The notes beneath the pieces were generated by a model, which worked only from the letters and a program-made list of their open reading frames with translations, was not told the origin of the DNA and searched no databases. A stretch of DNA of 64,000 nt from Candidatus Levyibacteriota bacterium (lineage in GTDB: Bacteria; Patescibacteriota; Microgenomatia; Levybacterales; UBA12049), in NCBI GenBank assembly GCA_003152105.1, contig PLZJ01000003.1, forward strand, positions 6,899 to 70,898, given 5' to 3'. A program made the translations under genes and the position numbers. Position 1 is the first letter of the stretch; every line of letters starts with the position of its first letter. This document shows positions 9,568-16,284 of the stretch, one piece after another.

Positions 9568-9852
9568 TACTTCGATTATATATAGTGCCCCATATGGGAC
9601 GATGTTCGAACCTATTTGTGCCTAAACATCGATCAGGGTGAAAAGACAAGCTTGCTTTCTGCAATTAATCACTTCAAAAAGAAGGAAATTGAATGAAAAT
9701 TTATTTTCTTCCTTCCAATAATGAGGTTGGAACAATTTCTTCGACCATTCTCCAAACCAGATCTTTAGGAAACTCACTGTATCATATGTGACAAAAGCTT
9801 CTCCTTACAAACGGTTGAATTAAGAGCATCTAAGAATAACTAAGAATAATTA

Positions 9853-9881
9853 TTGACAAACTTATATTTGAGCACTATAAT
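9853..9881 (+). promoter_or_regulatory. Perfect consensus sigma70 promoter (TTGACA-17-TATAAT), 8 nt upstream of ATG 9889
   Basis: Read directly. Preceded by the direct repeat CTAAGAATAA x2 at 9829-9848. Confidence 0.6.
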
Positions 9882-9888
9882 AAATAAA

Positions 9889-10260
9889 ATGACTAAAGAA
9901 AGTATAGATCCAAACAAAGTTTACACCACTCAAGAAGCAGCAGATGTCCTTGGTGTTTCTGAACAAATACTAGTTATGCAATTAAGGAATGGTAAAATTA
10001 CTGGACAATATATTGGAAAAGGGTGGAAAATATTGGGTCAGAACATCATTGACTTTCTAAAAAAACCTCAAGGATTAATTGAGCGGTTAGCTGAAACTAT
10101 GCTGGAAGAAGAAAGTAAGTCAGACTCGTCAAATAAACAAAGCCCTGTAGAAAATGCTGTTCAAAGATTACTCAATGGTAGCTCAACATCTCCAAGATAT
10201 ACTCCTGAACAAATTGATTTAGCACTAAAACAATACAAAGAAAAGAAAGGAATTACCTAA
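9889..10260 (+). CDS. Helix-turn-helix DNA-binding protein (excisionase/MerR-like HTH) with a low-complexity C-terminus
   Basis: YTTQEAADVLGVSEQILVMQLRNGKI is a typical excisionase-family HTH. The ORF-track TTG start at 9853 lies inside the promoter and was replaced by ATG 9889. Confidence 0.55.
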   Translation: MTKESIDPNKVYTTQEAADVLGVSEQILVMQLRNGKITGQYIGKGWKILGQNIIDFLKKPQGLIERLAETMLEEESKSDSSNKQSPVENAVQRLLNGSSTSPRYTPEQIDLALKQYKEKKGIT

Positions 10261-10262
10261 TT

Positions 10263-10694
10263 ATGCCAAGTCTTAAAATGGTCAAGCACCAGGCATGGGC
10301 TTTTTATAGTAAATGGAAAAAACAAAAAACTTTCTCTCCAGCTTTCAACTCTGATGTTAGAGTATCACTTAAAGGTTGGTACCACATAACTGGAGCAAGA
10401 GGATTCAAACAGAGAAGTGCAGGCGATGTATATCGAAGACTTATGATTTTACATCATGCAAAAACTATAATTGAAACAGCAACCACGATTCAAAACGTTC
10501 AAGTCAAAGGGAAAATCACTTATTATGCCTTAGACTCTGTTACGCAAGTTTCAGAAAATGACAAAACTGAGTGGAGAAAATTAAGAGTAATTATTATTGA
10601 CGATATTAAAGGAAACAAAGTTTTTTATTCAGTTATGGATAAAAAACCAAGTATAAGACCTAAAATACAAAAAAAGAGGATGCCTCACCCTTAG
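10263..10694 (+). CDS. Hypothetical basic protein, coupled to the HTH gene
   Basis: Starts 3 nt after the HTH gene's stop. No recognisable motif. Confidence 0.4.
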   Translation: MPSLKMVKHQAWAFYSKWKKQKTFSPAFNSDVRVSLKGWYHITGARGFKQRSAGDVYRRLMILHHAKTIIETATTIQNVQVKGKITYYALDSVTQVSENDKTEWRKLRVIIIDDIKGNKVFYSVMDKKPSIRPKIQKKRMPHP

Positions 10695-10790
10695 GAATTA
10701 ACGTTAGGGTACTGAGCGGTAAAAACCGCTTCATCCTCAAAAGAAGTATAACAAAATAAAATATTTTTGTCAACCTCTACTATAGGCCTG

Positions 10791-10878
10791 TGGTGCGGAT
10801 GAGAGGACTTGAACCTCCACGCCTTATTCAGGCACAGCCACCTCAAGGCTGCGTGTATGCCAATTTCACCACATCCGC
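10791..10878 (-). tRNA. tRNA-Leu (anticodon GAG), type II with long variable arm, CCA encoded
   Basis: Reverse complement GCGGATGTGGTGAAATTGGCA...anticodon loop TTGAGGT...long variable arm...GGTTCAAGTCC...CGCACCA. Confidence 0.85.
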
Positions 10879-10931
10879 ATGTGTAACATTATACCTAATA
10901 TATTCTCTATTTTAAACCTTACATCTATATG

Positions 10932-11015
10932 TACCGTGGAGAGGAGTCGAACCTCCATGCCTTTTTGGGGCACTGGTACCTGAAACCAGCGCGTCTGCCA
11001 TTTCGCCACCACGGT
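10932..11015 (-). tRNA. tRNA-Leu (anticodon CAG), type II
   Basis: Reverse complement ACCGTGG-TG-GCG-AAATGGCAGA-CGC...anticodon loop TTCAGGT...variable arm TGCCCCAAAAAGGCA...TTCGACT T-loop. Confidence 0.8.
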
Positions 11016-11111
11016 TTATGTAAAATGGTGCTATGTATTATAACGTAGCTTCGATTGTAACAAAGTCATATTGTATTGACAAGGAACCTTAAATATGTAA
11101 ATATTATATGA

Positions 11112-11699
11112 ATGAGGAAGTTTATTCTGCTCGCAACTTTCTTAATCGTAACTCCAATATTTCTAATTTTTAGCATCATATTTGTTGCTTTGATTCATTT
11201 TGAGCATATTCAGTCTCAATTCTTAACAAGCGTAGCTCAGCCGCAAACAGTTGCGTATGCAGCTTTACCTACAACCCAAAATAGCCTTTCTGATCAAATA
11301 ATAGAACAAAATGCCAGAGCTGAGATGTTAACGCAGTTTTTTGAGCAATATAATTCACCCCTTGCGCCGTACGCACAAACAATCGTAGATGAAGCTGATG
11401 CATATAATCTTGATTTTAGACTTCTTCCCGCAATAGCTATGCAAGAATCTGATGGTTGTTTAAAAGCACCACCTAACTCTGATAATTGCTGGGGATTTGG
11501 TATCTATGGCCATACGGTAACTCGCTTTGATTCATACCCAAGTGCTATTCAGGCAGTAAGTAAGGCTTTAGCCGAAAAATATGCCTCAAAAGGTCTTAAA
11601 ACTCCTGAGCAAATAATGAGTATTTATGACCCTCCAAGCTCGGCAAATGGAGGAAGATGGGCCGATAGCGTAAGCTATTTCATGAATAAACTTCAATAG
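11112..11699 (+). CDS. Membrane-anchored peptidoglycan hydrolase of the lysozyme-like superfamily (GH73 glucosaminidase-like / SLT-like)
   Basis: N-terminal TM. AIAMQESDG catalytic-Glu motif and NCWGFGIY motif. Paralog of the 11884..12444 gene. Confidence 0.5.
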   Translation: MRKFILLATFLIVTPIFLIFSIIFVALIHFEHIQSQFLTSVAQPQTVAYAALPTTQNSLSDQIIEQNARAEMLTQFFEQYNSPLAPYAQTIVDEADAYNLDFRLLPAIAMQESDGCLKAPPNSDNCWGFGIYGHTVTRFDSYPSAIQAVSKALAEKYASKGLKTPEQIMSIYDPPSSANGGRWADSVSYFMNKLQ

Positions 11700-11712
11700 A
11701 ACACTCAATGTC

Positions 11713-11741
11713 TTGACAAACCTATAGCTTTCTGCTATACT
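11713..11741 (+). promoter_or_regulatory. Sigma70-like promoter TTGACA-17-TATACT
   Basis: Read directly. Confidence 0.4.
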
Positions 11742-11752
11742 CTTTTTCAGAT

Positions 11753-11795
11753 CCTAAGGTAAGCCTTCCACACCGCTTACGTTAGGATTTTTTTA
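11753..11795 (+). terminator. 12-bp stem hairpin (CCTAAGGTAAGC...GCTTACGTTAGG) followed by a T-run; intrinsic terminator or attenuator between the two hydrolase paralogs
   Basis: Read directly. One G-G mismatch in the stem. Followed by ATTTTTTTA. Confidence 0.45.
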
Positions 11796-11883
11796 TGGAA
11801 TAATGCCACCATGATGTTTTGGCAACAATCTGGTTACAAAATTATCAATTTACAAAGGCAATTACTCTTATTCCAATTATCCT

Positions 11884-12444
11884 ATGAAAAACCTATTACG
11901 AATTACATTTGTGCTTATCGTACTTGTAATACTATTTACGCCTAAAGAGGCTTATGCGTCTGATGAGACGATTAACTCTACAGAGGCTATAAGTACTGTG
12001 CTTCCTCAAATAACAGCTCAAAATGCCCAAATTAACGCCCTACAGGGGTATTTAACAGCACAGAATTCACCACTTGCACCATATGCTAAATCTATGGTTG
12101 AAAATGCAAACGAGAATAACATTGACTGGAGACTCGTTGCAGCTATCTCAGGCGTAGAATCTAGCTTTGGTCTTGATTTACCTACCAACTCATATAACTG
12201 TTGGGGTTTTGGTATCTATGCTGATAATGTAAGATATTTTGCATCATATTCAGATGGGATTGAAACAGTGTCCAAATCTCTTCGACAGGATTATCTTGGG
12301 CAAAACCAAGCAACAAACGTGTATCTTATTGGAAGTAAATACGCTGCAGATCCGAACTGGGCTTCGCGAGTAGAGACGTATATGGATGCTATTTCTTCAT
12401 ATCAAGCAAATACACAAATAAATCAGCTTCCGCTTTCTCTCTAA
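11884..12444 (+). CDS. Membrane-anchored peptidoglycan hydrolase, GH73 glucosaminidase-like (second paralog)
   Basis: AISGVESSFG and NCWGFGIY motifs, plus YAADPNWASRVETYM resembling the GH73 YATDPxYA motif. Confidence 0.5.
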   Translation: MKNLLRITFVLIVLVILFTPKEAYASDETINSTEAISTVLPQITAQNAQINALQGYLTAQNSPLAPYAKSMVENANENNIDWRLVAAISGVESSFGLDLPTNSYNCWGFGIYADNVRYFASYSDGIETVSKSLRQDYLGQNQATNVYLIGSKYAADPNWASRVETYMDAISSYQANTQINQLPLSL

Positions 12445-12476
12445 ATTCGCTATAATATACGAAAGGCATTACGCTT

Positions 12477-12560
12477 GCCGGGATGGCGAAATGGTAGACG
12501 CGCATGGTTTAGGACCATGTGCCCTTAAAAGGCATGGAGGTTCGAGCCCTCTTCCCGGCA
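12477..12560 (+). tRNA. tRNA-Leu (anticodon TAG), type II
   Basis: GCCGGGA acceptor, GCG-AAATGGTAGA-CGC D-arm, anticodon loop TTTAGGA, long variable arm, GGTTCGAGCCC T-arm. Confidence 0.85.
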
Positions 12561-12595
12561 CATCTTGTGATATAATAGGCATCCAAACAAGCACT

Positions 12596-13423
12596 ATGGC
12601 AACAACATTACAAAAAGCAATAGACGGAACAATTACCTTAACAATCGCAATTCCTGCTGCAGATATTGAAAAGGCAAAAAAAGAAGTACTTGAATCATTT
12701 TCTAAAGAAGCGCAAGTAGCTGGATTTCGAAAAGGAAAAGCTCCTAAAAAACTAGTTGAAGATAAGGTGAATGAAGATAAGCTACGTGAAGAAATTCTTC
12801 GAACTACACTTCCCAAAGCATATGTTGCTGCGGTTACAGAACAAAAGTTGCAACCAGTTCTTAATCCAAAAATTCATATTAATAAAATAGAGGAGGGGAA
12901 AGACTGGACTTTTACTGCAGTTACTTGTGAAGCGCCAAAACTTAATCTTGGAGATTATAAAAAAAGAGTACAAGATGTAACGGCAAAAAGCAAAATTATT
13001 GTCCCTGGAAAAGAGCAAACTTCACCAAGTCTTGATGATATTGTTTCAGCACTTTTGTCAGGAATTGATGGCGCAATTCCTTCGGTTATTTTAGATCAAG
13101 AAGTTGATAGACTGCTCGCACAAACCCTTGATGAAATTAAAACGCTTGGTATATCGCTTGAGCAATATCTTTCTTCAACAAACAGAACAGTTGAGGGAAT
13201 TAGGCAAGAGTATAAAAAAAGAGCTGAAAATGATGTCAAATTAGAATTTGCGCTTCAACAAATAGCTGAAGATGCAAAAATTGTTATTGAAGAAAAAGAA
13301 ATAGATGAGGCAATACAAAAAGCCAAAGACAAGAAAGAACAAGAACAAATGCAGGCCAATCGCTATTTATTAACGAGTATTTTACGACAACAAAAAACCT
13401 TTGATTATTTAAAAAACCTATAG
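12596..13423 (+). CDS. tig: Trigger-factor-like protein (short, ~276 aa; N-terminal ribosome-binding domain signature)
   Basis: GFRKGKAPKKLV matches the trigger factor GFRxGxxP ribosome-docking signature. The start was moved to ATG 12596 to clear tRNA-Leu. Confidence 0.5.
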   Translation: MATTLQKAIDGTITLTIAIPAADIEKAKKEVLESFSKEAQVAGFRKGKAPKKLVEDKVNEDKLREEILRTTLPKAYVAAVTEQKLQPVLNPKIHINKIEEGKDWTFTAVTCEAPKLNLGDYKKRVQDVTAKSKIIVPGKEQTSPSLDDIVSALLSGIDGAIPSVILDQEVDRLLAQTLDEIKTLGISLEQYLSSTNRTVEGIRQEYKKRAENDVKLEFALQQIAEDAKIVIEEKEIDEAIQKAKDKKEQEQMQANRYLLTSILRQQKTFDYLKNL

Positions 13424-13456
13424 TATTCACTACTATATTGATTTTTCTCATTCTTT

Positions 13457-14149
13457 GTGGTACGCTGCCCACAGAATATGGCTATAACATCTAAATTAAC
13501 AAAGCGAAATTTCTCTCTCCCAGACCCATTTGAATCTTTTGAAACACTAAGAGAAAGTACAACAGGTGCTGCAAAAGGCACTGCTTCAGTCATAAAACAA
13601 ACAAGCATAGAGGTTGTTCAAGAAGCAACAACCCAAGCAAGCGGTGTATTTGGAGAAGCGCTGGGACAATTATTTGGTGATTTAGCACCAAATGAAGAAT
13701 TTAGTTTACCTTCAGCTCGAAAAGCACAAAGTGAAAAACAAGAATCAGCTTCAAAACCTAGAAAAGAAGCAGGAATTGACTATTTTTCTGAAATTATTCA
13801 TGGTGAAACAAGAATTCATAGAACACAGTCCCAAGAATTACAAACAAAAATTTCTGAAATTATGAAGGAAGTAACCTTACTTATGAAAGCATCAAGCGAA
13901 CTTCAGATGCAGTTTAAAGAGGTTTCAGTTGAAAAAGTTACCAAATCACCAGGTAAATATCATGAATCTTTCTTTGAATGGCTTCTTATTACCGTACGAA
14001 CCATTCGAATACGAGTAGATGATAGTGCAAATTGGTTAGCAGTGATGGGGAACAAAAAGGAGAAAAAATCTTACTGGAATATGTTTAAAAAACATGGCAC
14101 TACTTTTGGAATGTCAGGCGAACGATCTGTTTCAAATCAGGTTGCATAA
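13457..14149 (+). CDS. Hypothetical protein
   Basis: ORF only. The start may be the internal Met at 13478. Confidence 0.35.
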   Translation: MVRCPQNMAITSKLTKRNFSLPDPFESFETLRESTTGAAKGTASVIKQTSIEVVQEATTQASGVFGEALGQLFGDLAPNEEFSLPSARKAQSEKQESASKPRKEAGIDYFSEIIHGETRIHRTQSQELQTKISEIMKEVTLLMKASSELQMQFKEVSVEKVTKSPGKYHESFFEWLLITVRTIRIRVDDSANWLAVMGNKKEKKSYWNMFKKHGTTFGMSGERSVSNQVA

Positions 14150-14243
14150 CTACTGCTTTTTATAAAACTTCTCTTAATTGATTGCATAAACCTATTTTGC
14201 TACAATATGTTACGTCCTAATAACTTTTTACATAGTTATTTTT

Positions 14244-14317
14244 GGGCTTATAGCTCAGCTGGTTAGAGCGTTGCATTGACATTGCAAAGGTCAGAGGTTC
14301 GAGTCCTCTTAGGCCCA
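14244..14317 (+). tRNA. tRNA-Val (anticodon GAC)
   Basis: GGGCTTA acceptor, GCTCAGCTGGTTAGAGC D-arm, anticodon loop TTGACAT, GGTTCGAGTCC T-arm. Confidence 0.85.
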
Positions 14318-14328
14318 CACGACTTTTA

Positions 14329-16275
14329 CTATCTAATATTTCCGCTTTCACTTGCGGAACAACCAGTAGCTACTCCATAATTTAAATACGTTTTTGTATA
14401 GCCAGCACTTCCTTTATAGTAATAATTTACGTCATCAACAAATGGAGCTGAAATATAATTTAATCCATTCACAAGAGGCAGTGGAAAACTTGCATGCCCA
14501 TTGATAACTTGAGCGCTAATACTTGCTACATTTGTATGAACTATTCCTTGGTTATCTTGAATAGTAATATGTATATGACCATTCGGTGCAATAGGACCTC
14601 CATAATTTTGAACGCGTACGGTAGCTAGAGGACATGCGTCAGTTCCTTTTGGACCAGCTGATGCATTAATTGCTGTTGAAGTTGGATCTTTTGCTATAGT
14701 TAACACTATTGGCAAGCTACTGGTTGTTTGTCTTGCCTGTGTTGTATCAATATACTCAGCAATTACTGATTCACTTCCCGAAATAAGAGGATCAAAAGTT
14801 AGTAAGTCTGGGATTGCCGACGTACAAAGTAATGTTTGTGTTTGTCCCATCTTGAGTGTTCGAAAACCAAGAATTGAAGCATTATCTTTAAATACAATAT
14901 CTCCTGCTGGATGATTACCATATTGATCAGTTACTGAAGCTTCATAACAAGTTCCGGCATTGAGCGAAGTTATAAGAGGTGTACTTGAAGTAATTTTAAC
15001 GCTCACAAGTTTACTTCCTTGTTTTACCCAATCAGAATTACACTTACTTGTTCCATCAAGAAATCCCGCCTGCATACTATTTGCATTACCAAGTTCAATT
15101 TTACCTACTTCAGTCGACGAATCATCAAATGCGTAGGGAAGTATACCAACTGCTCCGCTCCCACAAAAACTTTGAATTTGTGTAGAAATATCAATCGCCC
15201 GTGGTAAAATGCTGTTTGCGATAGTTAAATCAGGATAATAAAATGTCTGAGGAATACCTATTAATGGTTCCATATTTTGATCCCATCCAAGAAGCGATAG
15301 TTGCGCTTTAAAATCGGGCAGTAATTGCTTCATTGACCAATCTATTTTCGATGCATCACCATTTACCCATGAATAAACTCCATATGGATAAAAGCTCACA
15401 TAATCACACGCATCTGGAGAAAAATTACTAACTGATAAAGCGAGATTGTGTCGACTATAACGTGTAAATACACCGTTTGCGTTATAATAATCGAGCCCTG
15501 CTCCAAACGCACAAAGAGTGGATCTATGTAAGACGCTTGTTCTATTTGCATTTTGTATTATTTGATGAATTAAAGGCAGTACATTTTTTGTGTTTCCAAT
15601 ATTATCATCTTGTAGATAAAAACCTAAAATTGCTTGATCATTTTCTATTTTTGGGGAGGTAACATACTGCTGAACATCTCTTAGTAATAGTTGCAAATTG
15701 TCACCAGTTATTTGACATGTGGGATCGTGTCTCACTGAAATTGGTTTATTAGTTTTTGCACTTGTTGGTATGGGACAGGCAATTTGTAAATAGTAATTTA
15801 TTTTTCCAAGCAACGTACCGTCTACATATTTCATATGGTTACGTTTTAAAACTGCATACATTGCACTTTCGGAAGACACATAGGAACGAATGCTATAAGA
15901 AATTCCTAAGGTATGGGCAAGCTGTACTTCTTTTTCATTAGAACGCTCCGTATTTTTGTAAAATACACCGATATCATATGCGCCAATTTTATTTGACAAA
16001 CTATAAGAATGAGATTGAGGTGAGGTTGTATCAGCAAAATTATGGATCGTTTGAGTATTGGAAACTATAAGTGGGGTAGCAAGAATTAGCAAAAACAAAG
16101 ATACTATGCCTATTTTTGCTGTTTTATCAATCTTATCAAGTTCAGTTTGTAATATACTTATTACATTTTTAAAACTATTATTGTTGTGATTTTTACTTAA
16201 AATATTAGGCATATAATGCCTATTAAGTATGAGGAAAAAAATGAAGTATGTCAATAAAAATGAGATGAAAAACAA
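14329..16275 (-). CDS. Secreted carbohydrate-active-like protein. Its N-terminal domain is paralogous to the C-terminus of the 1388-aa protein; its C-terminal Ig-like domains are shared with the GH5-like protein
   Basis: Signal-anchor at N-terminus. Blocks FYLQDDNIGN, KIDWSMKQL and PQTFYYP align to the 2663..6829 protein. C-terminal ~200 aa aligns to the C-terminus of 16285..18777. Confidence 0.55.
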   Translation of the reverse strand: MFFISFLLTYFIFFLILNRHYMPNILSKNHNNNSFKNVISILQTELDKIDKTAKIGIVSLFLLILATPLIVSNTQTIHNFADTTSPQSHSYSLSNKIGAYDIGVFYKNTERSNEKEVQLAHTLGISYSIRSYVSSESAMYAVLKRNHMKYVDGTLLGKINYYLQIACPIPTSAKTNKPISVRHDPTCQITGDNLQLLLRDVQQYVTSPKIENDQAILGFYLQDDNIGNTKNVLPLIHQIIQNANRTSVLHRSTLCAFGAGLDYYNANGVFTRYSRHNLALSVSNFSPDACDYVSFYPYGVYSWVNGDASKIDWSMKQLLPDFKAQLSLLGWDQNMEPLIGIPQTFYYPDLTIANSILPRAIDISTQIQSFCGSGAVGILPYAFDDSSTEVGKIELGNANSMQAGFLDGTSKCNSDWVKQGSKLVSVKITSSTPLITSLNAGTCYEASVTDQYGNHPAGDIVFKDNASILGFRTLKMGQTQTLLCTSAIPDLLTFDPLISGSESVIAEYIDTTQARQTTSSLPIVLTIAKDPTSTAINASAGPKGTDACPLATVRVQNYGGPIAPNGHIHITIQDNQGIVHTNVASISAQVINGHASFPLPLVNGLNYISAPFVDDVNYYYKGSAGYTKTYLNYGVATGCSASESGNIR

Positions 16276-16284
16276 GAATATTTA

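Noticed and set aside
7617-10878. Integrase, transposase or att direct repeats that would define the island
   Set aside because: I looked for recombinase motifs and for a repeat of the tRNA-Leu 3' end and found neither by eye, so the island call stays inference only.
11960-11966. Second CUGAUGA heptamer (possible hammerhead) inside the 11884-12444 coding region
   Set aside because: No stem II hairpin, GAAA or stem I/III partners follow it. It is a chance heptamer in a coding sequence.
12469-12816. 115-aa minus-strand ORF overlapping tRNA-Leu(TAG) and the trigger-factor-like gene
   Set aside because: It overlaps a confidently folded tRNA and the start of a conserved gene on the other strand, and has no motif.
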